64,000 nt of DNA from an uncultured Acidobacteriota bacterium (GTDB taxonomy: Bacteria; Acidobacteriota; Terriglobia; Acidiferrales; UBA7541): NCBI GenBank assembly GCA_963767205.1, contig CAVYDF010000009.1:191501-255500 (forward strand). Reading direction: 5' to 3'. Position numbers and translations under genes: made by a program. Under the pieces are notes generated by a model, which worked only from the letters and a program-made list of their open reading frames with translations, did not search any database and was not told where the DNA came from. Below are positions 7,904-17,661 of the stretch, piece after piece. Every line of letters begins with the position of its first letter. Within the stretch, counting starts at the first letter, position 1.

Positions 7904-8439
7904 ACGCGATTGTCGAATCACCTGGGTCCTCTAGCGGCCCGGCCTCATTAAAAATATTCGCTTGATCCGCCCCGATACGGGCGGAAAAATTTTCGCCACG
8001 AACCGCCGGATCCGCTTCGGCGCAGCTTAAAGCAAATTCAACTACCGCCGCATAAGACTTGACCACTGGCGAATTCGACTTGAGCGACACTGACAAGAAA
8101 CAGGTGACGATGTGCTACACCCGTTCCGAAAGTTTGCTGCCTTGGCTGGTGCTGCACAATGCGCGACTGTCCTTTCAAAACTTAACTAGCGAGACCAGCG
8201 CGTTGTCTAGCCATTTTATTGATACTCTACTTTTTATCTATGGAACAATCTCACAACTCTCCCGAAAGCGAACAGCGATGCGAAGTGGTTGCGGTTGAAT
8301 CGTGCTTTGCGCTAGGAGTGGCGCTGCAAAAGCTGAGTGCGGCAATCAACGAGCTTGAGCGACTGAAATAAGTGGCCATAAGTAGCCCGCAGTCTAACGC
8401 GTTTTCAAGTCCTGTTAACGCGGTTACCGGAAATTGACT

Positions 8440-8483
8440 CTCAGATAGGTGTTGACAACAGGGCTCCGAACTACCTATCTCAG
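8440..8483 (+). repeat. Palindromic repeat family, copy D (also sigma70-like promoter geometry)
   Basis: CTCAGATAGGT (8440-8450), then 22 nt, then ACCTATCTCAG (8473-8483). This gives 10 of 11 pairing positions. It contains TTGACA (8452-8457), an 18 nt spacer and TATCTC (8476-8481). It lies upstream of the TonB-like gene. Confidence 0.55.
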
Positions 8484-8633
8484 CTTGAGATTGCTGTCGG
8501 GTGTTAGTACGTTTCCAAAACTGCAACAGAATTCGTGCAAAGTACTATAGGTCGATTGACTTGTTCCGGAACAAGATTCTCTCAGTTGCACTTCTTGGGG
8601 GGAAGGCCAATCGGGGAAAAGGCCGCCGCAACG

Positions 8634-10307
8634 ATGGAAATGTCAGCACCAACGAAACTGCCGTTTAGCGTACTGGGTGATTTCGCTCAAAGTTCCGCGA
8701 CGCAACCAACCGGTCAATTTCCTGCACAATTCGATGTACAACCAGATGGACAACTACAACCAGGTCCACAATCAGACGGGCAACCACCTTCAGAATTAGC
8801 GGGAACAGCGGCGTCAGAGGCAGACCGGGAATCTGTGGCGGTCCCGATCGGCGTGCTTGAGGTGCCGATTGGCGTCTGGGGATCACGCCGCGTCGAAACG
8901 AATTCGGGCCAGTCGGAACGAGTCGAGGTCTTTGCAGAAGATACCTCGACCGTGATCGTGTTTCCGCAAGGCGCCGTGATCCGGTTGTCGGCCAGTGTGG
9001 CCCCCGGCCAGCTGGTTGTGATTGCGAATCGCAAATCGGGTCAGATCATGCTTTGTCGCGTGGTCAATGTCCGAACCTATCCAAACATAAGAGGCTATGC
9101 CGAAATCGAGTTCATGCACTCTGCTGCGGGCTTTTGGGGGGCGTACGCTTCGCAAGGGATTTTGAGGCTGGCGGCGAAAGTGGCGGCGATGCCGTCGGCG
9201 AGCGCGGATTTTTGGAGCAATGGATTTGCGAAGGAAGTGGTTTCTGTTCCTGCGAGCGACGTGACCGCTTCGCCGGTGTCGCCTGCGGTTCGGGCTAAGA
9301 AAGAGTCAATCGCAAACCAGGCAGTTCAAAGTCCTTTCGATGGAAAGCCAGCGCAGCCGATGGCTGCGATCGGAAGGGACTCTGAAGCACGCTTTGACGC
9401 GACTGGCCGGAACAGTTCTGACCAGCATACGGTTCTGGCGCCGGCTTCAAGTCTCCGGGTTTCAGGTGCCCGGGCTTCACGTCAGACACCAGCGCGCTTT
9501 CGGATTGGAAGCTTTTTATTTTCGTGGTGGCCGACGCGAATCGTGCGAACCGCGACGCACGGGACTCCTGTGCCGAGGCGAAGTTTGGTTTTGGTGTCGC
9601 TTGTGCCCGCTCTCGTGCTGCTGGGTGTATTCGGAGTTTTCTTTCTGCGTGACGGTGTGGGGCAGCCTTCTGCGATCAGTCAGACAGGACCAATGCCCGA
9701 GGTTTCTTTGGGTTCGCCAATAGCGAACGTTGTTCAGAGCCCGCGACCCAAAACCGAAGCAGGTTTTGCGGTGCCGCAGCTTGCGATCGCGAAGGTGGAG
9801 AATTTTCCCGGCACTCAAACTCACGCATCGGCTGACAACGTTCGCCCTTCTCGTTCGTCGAGTAGAAGGGGTACTCCCGAGAAGAAGATCACGAGGGAAA
9901 AGCTCCTTGCTCCCCACTCCTCAGCCAATCGCTTGGCGGTTATGGCTGGCGAGGCGCCGCCTGATCTGAGCGGAGTCGATTCGAATGCCGGCGTAAACCC
10001 CCTCCAAGGAATGCTCGGGACACTACAGCCTCGTGGAGGTCGGGCGGCGGAGCCGGAACTGCTTGTTAGCTCTGCACCGATCTACCCGGCGATGGCTCGG
10101 CAAGCTCGTGTGGAAGGCCAAGTGACAATCGACGCGGTGATTGACACAACGGGAAAGCTGACAAATATGACGGTAATCTCGGGTCCTCCGCTCCTGCAAC
10201 AAGCGGCGATCGATTCGCTGCGCACGTGGAAATATCGGCCTGGTTACCTCGATGAAAAACCAGTTTCAACTAAAACGTCGATCACCGTGAATTTCCGCTT
10301 GCGCTAG
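8634..10307 (+). CDS. TonB C-terminal-domain protein with a cytoplasmic PilZ-like N-terminal domain
   Basis: The C-terminus PIYPAMARQARVEGQVTIDAVIDTTGKLTNMTVISGPPLLQQAAIDSLRTWKYRP is a TonB_C domain. A central TM helix LVLVSLVPALVLLGVFGVFFL and a Pro/Ser-rich linker are present. The N-terminal beta-rich segment EVFAEDTSTVIVFPQGAVIRLSASVAPGQLVVIANRKSGQIMLCRVVNV resembles PilZ. The start is ambiguous, either GTG 8535 or ATG 8634. Confidence 0.75.
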   Translation: MEMSAPTKLPFSVLGDFAQSSATQPTGQFPAQFDVQPDGQLQPGPQSDGQPPSELAGTAASEADRESVAVPIGVLEVPIGVWGSRRVETNSGQSERVEVFAEDTSTVIVFPQGAVIRLSASVAPGQLVVIANRKSGQIMLCRVVNVRTYPNIRGYAEIEFMHSAAGFWGAYASQGILRLAAKVAAMPSASADFWSNGFAKEVVSVPASDVTASPVSPAVRAKKESIANQAVQSPFDGKPAQPMAAIGRDSEARFDATGRNSSDQHTVLAPASSLRVSGARASRQTPARFRIGSFLFSWWPTRIVRTATHGTPVPRRSLVLVSLVPALVLLGVFGVFFLRDGVGQPSAISQTGPMPEVSLGSPIANVVQSPRPKTEAGFAVPQLAIAKVENFPGTQTHASADNVRPSRSSSRRGTPEKKITREKLLAPHSSANRLAVMAGEAPPDLSGVDSNAGVNPLQGMLGTLQPRGGRAAEPELLVSSAPIYPAMARQARVEGQVTIDAVIDTTGKLTNMTVISGPPLLQQAAIDSLRTWKYRPGYLDEKPVSTKTSITVNFRLR

Positions 10308-10518
10308 AAAACTGCTCTAGCAATTCTCCCAGCTTCGCAACACTTGGATCGCGTCGGGAATCCTGCTTCGATGAATTTCACTTGTTTGCGCGGCCGGAGT
10401 TGCCACATGAATGCTGCGACGCGAGCATGCTTCGCGAGTACAATAGAAGCAGTGGTCTGCAACAGCGCGAATCGAATCGTTTCGAAGTGATTCAGTTTTG
10501 ATAGACAGGTGAGCCGAT

Positions 10519-11296
10519 ATGAAAGGCGTTGTGCTTGCAGGTGGCACGGGAAGCCGGCTGAATCCTCTCACGCGCGTGACGAACAAGCATTTGCTGCCGG
10601 TGTACAACAAGCCGATGGTGAATTACCCGATCCAGACGCTGGTGAACGCCGGAATTCACGAAATCCTGCTGGTCACCGGGGGGAAGAATGCCGGCGATTT
10701 TCTGCGCCTGCTCGGAAATGGCCGCGATTTCGGCCTCAAGCACCTGAATTACACCTACCAGGAAGGTGAAGGCGGAATCGCCGAGGCGCTTGGTCTGGCT
10801 GAATACTTCGCCGGCGAGGGGCCGATTTGCGTGGTCCTGGGCGACAACATAATCGAGAACGATATTTGCGGAGCGGTTGAGAATTTCAAGAAACAAAAAG
10901 ACGGCGCGAAGATTCTGCTGAAAGAGGTGGAAGACGCGGATCGGTTCGGCGTCGCGGAAATTCGCGGCGACCGCGTTGTTGGTATCGAAGAAAAGCCCAA
11001 GAAGCCAAAATCGAATTATGCCGTGGTCGGAATCTACCTCTACGACGCGACCGTTTTTCAAAAGATTCGCCGCCTGAAGCCTTCCGGGCGCGGCGAACTC
11101 GAAATCACCGACGTAAATAATTTCTACATCGACGAAGGCAAGCTCACCTACGAAATTCTCGACGGTTGGTGGACCGACGCCGGGCACATTCGAATCCCTG
11201 CTGCGCGCAAACAATCTGGTGGCTGAAACCGGCGCAAACAAGGTGAAAAGCGGCGCTGCCGCCAAAGCTTTCGCGCACACGGAACCATCGGCATGA
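10519..11296 (+). CDS. rmlA: Glucose-1-phosphate thymidylyltransferase (apparent +1 frameshift near 11182-11185)
   Basis: MKGVVLAGGTGSRLNPLT..KHLLPVYNKPM is the nucleotidyltransferase signature. The track ORF ends at 11226 with an odd tail. The next frame continues GTFESLLRANNLVAETGANK.. to a TGA that overlaps the rmlB ATG (ATGA at 11293-11296). The shift sits in a GGG run. Confidence 0.85.
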
Positions 11297-12349
11297 GGAT
11301 TTTCGTCACAGGCGGCGCCGGATTCATCGGCTCGAATTTTATCCGCCATGTTCTTGGCCTCCACAAAGCGTATTCGGTCGTCAACTACGACAAGTTGACC
11401 TATGCGGGCAATCTGGGAAATCTTGATTCAGTCGCGAACGATTCCCATTATCGTTTTGTTCGCGGCGACATCTGCGATCCCGTCGCAGCAGAATCCGCGA
11501 TGCGCGATTGCGAGGCTGTCGTTCACTTCGCCGCGGAATCCCACGTGGATCGCAGCATTTATGATCCTTCTCCCGCAATCGAAACGAACGTCAAAGGAAC
11601 ATTCGTTTTGCTGCAGGTTGCCAAGAAGCTTGGCATCCACCGCTTCGTTCACATTTCTACCGATGAAGTGTACGGAGACATCGCAGCGGGCGCCTTTTCG
11701 AACGAATCCTCGACGCTCAATCCGAGCAGCCCGTACTCCGCTTCGAAAGCAGCCTCCGATTTTCTCGTTCTCTCTTACGTCCGCACCTACGGATTTCCCG
11801 GCATTGGTCACGCGTTCGTCGAACAACTACGGCCCATTCCAGTTTCCGGAAAAATTTCTCCCGCTGATGATCACCAACGCGCTCGACAACAAACCTCTCC
11901 CGATTTATGGCGATGGCAAGCAGCAGCGCGATTGGCTGCACGTGGAAGATAACTGCCGCGGCATTCTCGCGGTTCTCGAGCGCGGGAAAATCGGCGAGGT
12001 TTACAATCTGGGCGGCATAGCCATCGAAGAAAATCTTACGATGGCGAAGCGCTTGCTCCGTGTGATGGGCAAGCCAGAGACTCTGCTGACATATGTGAAG
12101 GATCGTCCGGGCCACGACCGCCGCTACGCCTTGGACTGTAAGAAGATCGAGGCCGAGTTAGGTTGGAGACCTGCGATCGGCCTCGATGAAGGCCTGCGCC
12201 AGACGATTGCATGGTATGAAGCTAATTCCGAGTGGCTCGCCGGTGTGCGTGGCGGTGAATATCAGTCTTATTACGAAAAATATTACGAGAATCGCAATCC
12301 TTCGCTCAATGCGATTCCGCACGAACGGCGCAGAACACTGCAAAATTAG
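11293..12349 (+). CDS. rmlB: dTDP-glucose 4,6-dehydratase (apparent +1 frameshift near 11797-11801)
   Basis: MRIFVTGGAGFIGSNF..SPYSASKAASD lies in ORF 11293..11952. The remainder, ALVTRSSNNYGPFQFPEKFLPLMI..DGKQQRDWLHVEDNCRG.., lies in the frame of ORF 11402..12349. Confidence 0.88.
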
Positions 12350-12387
12350 TGCTTGCGCTCGGGCGATCTTAAAATCCCCATGAAGGC

Positions 12388-12957
12388 GTGAACTCCTTGC
12401 AGAAAAATGAACTCTCCATTCCGGGCGTCTGGGAGTTGCGCCCGAAGATTTTTCGCGACTCTCGCGGGTTCTTCATGGAGACCTACAATCAAAAGGAATT
12501 CGCCCAGCTCGGCATTACCGATTCTTTCGCGCAGGATAATCATTCCGCGTCCGCCAAAGGCACAATCCGCGGACTCCATTACCAGCTCCAGCATGCGCAA
12601 GCAAAACTTTGCCGCGTGATCGAGGGCGAGGCTCTGGACGTAGCCGTGGATATTCGCGTTGGATCGCCCCATTTCGGCCAGTGGGCTTCGGTCGTCCTCT
12701 CCGCAAAAGAGCAGAATCAAATCTATATTCCGCGCGGTTTCGCGCACGGGTATCTGGCTCTCTCAGAGCGAGTCCAATTCCTTTATAAGTGCACCGATCT
12801 CTATCATCCCGAGGATGAGCGTGGGATCCTGTGGAACGACCCGCAAATCGGCATCTCATGGAACGTAACGAATCCGATTGTTTCAGACAAAGACTCGCAC
12901 TTCACCACGCTATCGCAGACCCCAAAAGAATTTCTTCCGCAATACCTCGTGAAATGA
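12388..12957 (+). CDS. rmlC: dTDP-4-dehydrorhamnose 3,5-epimerase
   Basis: 189 aa with IFRDSRGFFMETY..GTIRGLHYQ..KLCRVIEGEALDVAVDIR. Confidence 0.9.
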   Translation: MNSLQKNELSIPGVWELRPKIFRDSRGFFMETYNQKEFAQLGITDSFAQDNHSASAKGTIRGLHYQLQHAQAKLCRVIEGEALDVAVDIRVGSPHFGQWASVVLSAKEQNQIYIPRGFAHGYLALSERVQFLYKCTDLYHPEDERGILWNDPQIGISWNVTNPIVSDKDSHFTTLSQTPKEFLPQYLVK

Positions 12958-13913
12958 AGCCGAAGATTCTGCTTATAGGCAGGAACGGCCAGGTGGGAAC
13001 CGAACTGTCATCCTTGCTTCCCCGCTTGGGTGAACTCGCTGCTCTAAATCGCCAGGAACTCGATCTGACGAAGCCCGATGATATTCGACGAACGATTCGT
13101 GAAGTCCGGCCCCAATGGATTATCAATGCCGCCGCCTATACCGCTGTTGATCAGGCTGAGCAAGACGAAGCAACCGCCCGAGCAGTGAACCAGCAGGCCC
13201 CCGCCGTAATTGCCGAGGAGGCCAAAAAAATTGGCGCAGCGCTGGTTCACTACTCGACGGATTACGTCTTCGACGGATCGAAAAAATCACCCTACGAAGA
13301 AACCGACATTCCGAATCCGATCAATGTGTACGGAAAAACGAAGCTCGGCGGCGAACGCGCCATCCAAGAAAGCGGCGCGCTGCATCTGATCTTTCGCACC
13401 GAGTGGGTCTACGCCACCCGAGGCCGCAATTTTCTATTGACGATTCTGCGCCTCGCCACTGAGAAACAAGAGCTGCGCGTCGTCGCAGACCAAATCGGCT
13501 CCCCCACAACGAGCCGGGAGATTGCCGCCGCAACGGTGAAAATTATTTCGCAACTGATGAATAAAGAAGAGGGTATTCGTTCTCTCGCGGAGGACGGCGG
13601 AATCTACAACATGACCGCCGAAGGCGAGACGTCGTGGTATGAATTCGCAAAAGCGATTCTCAGCGAGGCGTCGCGCGCGACTCACTCTCTTCCGTGGGTC
13701 GATGCCGCCAAGAAGGGAATGCCGTTCGTCGCCGAACGCGTGGTCCCCATCACAACCGCGGAGTACCCAACGCCAGCTCGTCGACCCTTATATTCTGTAC
13801 TTTCGATGGCGCGCCTCCACGATCGCTTCGGTATTCGTCTCCCACCCTGGCAAGCCCAACTGCATTCCTTGTTCGTCCCAGATGCATCCGAAGATTACAG
13901 CTCAGCGCTCTAG
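12954..13913 (+). CDS. rmlD: dTDP-4-dehydrorhamnose reductase
   Basis: ATGA overlap with the rmlC stop (12954-12957). MKPKILLIGRNGQVGTEL..NAAAYTAVDQAE..YSTDYVFDG. The track ORF start at 12831 lies inside rmlC. Confidence 0.9.
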   Translation: MKPKILLIGRNGQVGTELSSLLPRLGELAALNRQELDLTKPDDIRRTIREVRPQWIINAAAYTAVDQAEQDEATARAVNQQAPAVIAEEAKKIGAALVHYSTDYVFDGSKKSPYEETDIPNPINVYGKTKLGGERAIQESGALHLIFRTEWVYATRGRNFLLTILRLATEKQELRVVADQIGSPTTSREIAAATVKIISQLMNKEEGIRSLAEDGGIYNMTAEGETSWYEFAKAILSEASRATHSLPWVDAAKKGMPFVAERVVPITTAEYPTPARRPLYSVLSMARLHDRFGIRLPPWQAQLHSLFVPDASEDYSSAL

Positions 13914-14023
13914 ATCATGCGGGTAACGAAAAGGGTTAAACTCGGGGGCAGGGCGCGTGAACTAGCACTGGTATCGGTTGGTCACCGCGTTTGACGGATT
14001 GGGAACGTGTGGCGGAAATTCCG

Positions 14024-14380
14024 CTAGGCTCGCCGGGGCTGACTCACAATTTCCACTATCCAACTTTCCAGTATTAATCGCTGCTCTGGCGTGACATTGG
14101 TAAATGCAACGCCCATGCCAAAATTCGCATGGGTGTAAACCACTTTGCCAGTGCTCTCGAACGTTCCTTGATCCCTGATAATCCGCAATTTGACCTGCGT
14201 TCCCTCAGGGAATGGAGTCAACGCGTCAACGTAACAACCCCCAACGCCCAGTTCCGAAATACGGGCTGAGAGTCTTGTGCCAGAATGGAGATCGGTTACC
14301 TCAGCGGAAGCAACAAGTGGGCAGCGACGAACCGCACGCTGATTCGCCCATGGCGGGTTTGTTTTCTTTTGAACCATCAA
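14024..14380 (-). CDS. PilZ domain protein
   Basis: 118 aa. RRCPLVASAEVTDLHSGTRLSARISELGVGGCYVD..GTQVKLRI..GKVVYTHANFGMGVAFT has the RxxxR..D/NxSxxG-type architecture. Confidence 0.8.
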   Translation of the reverse strand: MMVQKKTNPPWANQRAVRRCPLVASAEVTDLHSGTRLSARISELGVGGCYVDALTPFPEGTQVKLRIIRDQGTFESTGKVVYTHANFGMGVAFTNVTPEQRLILESWIVEIVSQPRRA

Positions 14381-14818
14381 TATCAGTATGTTGCCTTATC
14401 TAAAAGCATCGCTCAACTCGCATTTTCGATCGCGCGACACATCCGTTTTTACTATTAGGCTTGGCCCTCCGTATTTGCTGTCTTCCGCGCGTCTCGCTGT
14501 GTACTTCTGGCCGCGGCAATTCGCATTTGGAATCTGAACGACCCTGAACAAACCCGGGCCCACTCGGCGCTTCGATTGGAGGCAGTACGACGAGAGACGA
14601 TCTTGCATAGGAGACGACACTCTGTTTGATTTGGCTCTTACCTCCCTGACTTGGTGCTTATGAAATTATTCCCACCATCCATTCGGGCTCGGGAATTAGC
14701 TAGTGACAATCCTGTTCGCAACAGTTTGACACTCATGGCTTGCGCCGATACGCTCTTCGCGACGAATTGGTGGGGCGAAACGGCGGATTAGAAATCGGAG
14801 GGGAGGATTAAGCGCGAG

Positions 14819-16495
14819 ATGAAGATTATTGTGGCCGACAAGATTAGCGAGCGGGGGTTTGCGCTGTTGCGCGAAGCGGGTTGGGACGTGGTGACGCCGG
14901 CGGCGGGCGCACTGGCGATCGAGCTTGCGACGGCCGATGGGCTTGTGGTGCGCAGCGCGACGAAGGTGACGGCGGAGCTGCTGGAGCGCGCGCCGAAGCT
15001 GCGCGTGGTGGGCCGTGCAGGCGTGGGCGTGGATAACATTGACGTGGAAGCGGCGACGCATCGCGGCATCCTGGTGATGAACACGCCGGGGGGGAACGCG
15101 GTAAGCGTTGCGGAGCATACTTTCGCGCTGATGCTGGCGATGGCGCGGAGCGTGCCGCAGTCGAATGCGTCGATTCACGCGGGCCGCTGGGAAAAATCGG
15201 GCGCGGCAGGAACGGAGCTGCGCGGGAAGACGCTGGGGCTCGTGGGACTCGGACGCGTGGGCACGGAAGTGGCGCGGCGGGCGCGAGGGCTCGAGATGAA
15301 AGTGTTGGCGCACGATCCTTACGTGACGCCAGCGGCGGCGCGCGAGGTGGAAGTGGAGTTGGTGACGCTCGATGAGCTGCTGAAGCGCGCGGACGTGATT
15401 TCGCTGCACACGTCGCTGAGCCCGGCGACGGAGAAAATGTTTGGCGCGGCGGTGTTTGCGAAAATGAAGCGCGGGGCGAGGCTGGTGAATTGTGCGCGCG
15501 GCGAATTGATTGATGAGGCGGCGCTGGCGGAGGCGTTGAAATCGGGGCAGCTTGCCGGGGCGGCGGTGGATACGTTTGCGGAAGAGCCGCCGAAGAATTC
15601 GCCGCTGATTGGACTCGCGAATCTGATCGCCACGCCGCACATTGCGGGGTCGACGGCCGAGGCGCAGGAAGAAGTGGGCACGGCGGTAGCGCAGCAGGTG
15701 CGCGATTATCTGGCCGACGGGTTGATTCGCAACGCGGTGAATATGCCGGCGCTTTCGCCGGAGCAGTATCGGCGGCTGCGTCCTTATATTGATTTGGGCG
15801 AGCGGCTGGGGGCGCTGATTGCGCAGGCGGCGCCGTCGCCGAGTTTCAGCCGGATTCGGATTCAGTATGCGGGGGAGGCGGCGGAGCTGGGGTCGCACGT
15901 GGTGCGCAGTGCGGTGCTGAGCGGGATTTTGAATTGCGTGCTGGCGGAGAAAGTGAATTTGGTGAACGCGTCGGCGGCGGCCGCGGAGCGCGGGTTGATT
16001 GTGGAGGAGACTACCCGGCGGCGCGAGCGCGGATTTCCTAACACCGTGGAGGTAGCGGTGGCTGACGGCGGGCACGGCAGCGGCGGAAGTGAACATGGCG
16101 TTCGCGGTGAGAGCGGCCATAGCGGTCGCCATGACGAAAGTCGCGATCGCGAGCTGAGCGTGGAGGGGACTGTCGTGTCCGACGGGTCGCCGCGCATTTT
16201 ATCGCTCGACGGCATCGGGCTCGAGGCGCCGCTCGAGGGGACTCTGCTGCTGACGCGCAATCGGGACGTACCCGGCGTGATCGGGCAGATCGGAACGGTG
16301 CTGGGGAATCTTGGCGTGAATATCGCGACGTTTGCGCTGGGGCGGCGCTCGCCTGTGCATGGCGCCGAGGCTGTGGCGATGGTGCGGCTCGATGGCGCGG
16401 TGAGCGAATCGGTGACGGAAAAAATTCGCGAGATTCCTTCGATCACGGAGGCGCGGCTGATTCGTCTTCCGGATGCGCCGAAAACGCGGCAATAA
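14819..16495 (+). CDS. serA: D-3-phosphoglycerate dehydrogenase with a C-terminal ACT domain
   Basis: MKIIVADKISERG..GKTLGLVGLGRVGTEVA..NCARGELIDE..TPHIAGST, with a C-terminal ACT segment (NRDVPGVIGQIGTVLGNLGVNIATF). It contains a Gly/His/Ser-rich insert, DGGHGSGGSEHGVRGESGHSGRHDESRDRE. Confidence 0.92.
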   Translation: MKIIVADKISERGFALLREAGWDVVTPAAGALAIELATADGLVVRSATKVTAELLERAPKLRVVGRAGVGVDNIDVEAATHRGILVMNTPGGNAVSVAEHTFALMLAMARSVPQSNASIHAGRWEKSGAAGTELRGKTLGLVGLGRVGTEVARRARGLEMKVLAHDPYVTPAAAREVEVELVTLDELLKRADVISLHTSLSPATEKMFGAAVFAKMKRGARLVNCARGELIDEAALAEALKSGQLAGAAVDTFAEEPPKNSPLIGLANLIATPHIAGSTAEAQEEVGTAVAQQVRDYLADGLIRNAVNMPALSPEQYRRLRPYIDLGERLGALIAQAAPSPSFSRIRIQYAGEAAELGSHVVRSAVLSGILNCVLAEKVNLVNASAAAAERGLIVEETTRRRERGFPNTVEVAVADGGHGSGGSEHGVRGESGHSGRHDESRDRELSVEGTVVSDGSPRILSLDGIGLEAPLEGTLLLTRNRDVPGVIGQIGTVLGNLGVNIATFALGRRSPVHGAEAVAMVRLDGAVSESVTEKIREIPSITEARLIRLPDAPKTRQ

Positions 16496-16676
16496 AAATC
16501 GAAGCCCGCTGCTGAAAACCGGAACGCTTCTGAAGCGCGAAACCGGGGCAATGAAGGCGCTGTCGTTAGCTGAGATATCAGCTGAAATACGCAATGAGAC
16601 GTGAATGGCCCAATCGAGCTGTGCTATTCTTTTGTGTGCGCTCGAGCGGCGTTTCCTTCTTCGAGCGGCAATCGGT

Positions 16677-16754
16677 CGGGGCGTAGCGCAGCCTGGCTAG
16701 CGCGCCTGGTTCGGGACCAGGAGGTCGATGGTTCAAATCCATTCGCCCCGACCA
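16677..16754 (+). tRNA. tRNA-Pro (anticodon CGG)
   Basis: Hand fold: acceptor CGGGGCG/CGCCCCG (C1:G72, typical of bacterial tRNA-Pro), D arm GCGC..GCGC, anticodon arm CCTGG-TTCGGGA-CCAGG, T arm GATGG-TTCAAAT-CCATT, and an encoded CCA. Confidence 0.9.
16707..16754 (+). repeat. attL (3-prime 48 nt of tRNA-Pro)
   Basis: TGGTTCGGGACCAGGAGGTCGATGGTTCAAATCCATTCGCCCCGACCA, identical to 36862-36909. Confidence 0.85.
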
Positions 16755-16778
16755 CTTTAGTTCTTCCCTCTCTTATGC

Positions 16779-17582
16779 TTACGAATTTGCGGCGCAGACG
16801 TGTTCAACGGTTTCTGTAGCGCACGTAGCGCAACTAAGCCCCGTCTTCGCATCGAGAGCTTCCGATAAATCGAAGCCGAGTCCCACTTTTTCCGCCCACT
16901 GCTGTCGGAACTCCACATCCTCTGTTAGCTGCTTCGCGTAACGTGAGGACATGTCGGAGTTGTCGTGTGCCATCCAATAGTCAATCAAGAGTTGGCGCAC
17001 GTCGCTCTTTTCAAGCACGGCTTGTCTGAATCTACGGAAGGCATGGAAACGGACCTTGGCCCTGCCGATACGCTTTAGGATTGTGCTTAGACCGTCCCGA
17101 TAGAGAGTGCTGGGCCAGAGCATGTTGCCCGTCTCCGTTTCAAGCAGGAAGCCGCTCTTCCGGTTGCCGATGTATTCCCGCAACATCGAAGCAACGAGCG
17201 GATGAACGTCCACGTCACGATAACCGGCATCAGTTTTCGCCGTAGGTACAATTTCACCCTTGCGACTACGTTGCTGCCGGATGTAGACCACCGTGCAATC
17301 GGCAGAGAGGTGCTTCCCTATTTCGAGAGCCAGCAATTCTGCGATGCGGATTCCCGTCGCTACGAGCAAAACCACGGCAACCCGGTAAATCGCCCGTTTA
17401 CAACTTTTGATAATGTGAACGATTTCCCTGGGTATGAACGTAGGTCTGTGCTGCTCCCGCTTGTTGACTTTCGGCAAGCCGATGTACACCAAATCCCACT
17501 CCCTCAGCGCTCGCTTCGCCGTGCTTGCGCTGGCAATGGAGCGGTGGGCGACTGGATTTTCTCGGCTGGCCTTCCGATTCAT
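16779..17582 (-). CDS. Tyrosine recombinase / phage-type integrase (short, mainly the catalytic domain)
   Basis: ATGIRIAELLAL carries the catalytic Arg, HAFRRFRQ is the HxxR motif, and WMAHDNSDMSSRY carries His and Tyr. It ends 24 nt from the tRNA. Confidence 0.85.
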   Translation of the reverse strand: MNRKASRENPVAHRSIASASTAKRALREWDLVYIGLPKVNKREQHRPTFIPREIVHIIKSCKRAIYRVAVVLLVATGIRIAELLALEIGKHLSADCTVVYIRQQRSRKGEIVPTAKTDAGYRDVDVHPLVASMLREYIGNRKSGFLLETETGNMLWPSTLYRDGLSTILKRIGRAKVRFHAFRRFRQAVLEKSDVRQLLIDYWMAHDNSDMSSRYAKQLTEDVEFRQQWAEKVGLGFDLSEALDAKTGLSCATCATETVEHVCAANS

Positions 17583-17661
17583 CCCAATTGTCGCTGCGGC
17601 AACGACGTGACTGTTCCAAACGGGACAGATTTACGGCAGGGCTCTAGCGCAGCATATCCGA

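Noticed and set aside
8240-8371. 43 aa ORF (MEQSHNSPESEQRCEVVAVESC..ELERLK) upstream of the TonB-like gene
   Set aside because: It has no RBS and no recognisable family, and lies in an intergenic region that also holds repeat copy D. The support is insufficient.
10492-11364. 290 aa minus-strand ORF across rmlA
   Set aside because: It is antisense to the rml operon, has no recognisable motifs, and rmlA on the plus strand is unambiguous.
14696-16132. 478 aa minus-strand ORF overlapping serA
   Set aside because: It is Arg/His/Pro/Gln-rich low-complexity sequence lying antisense to a well-supported gene. This is the usual long-ORF artefact of GC-rich DNA.
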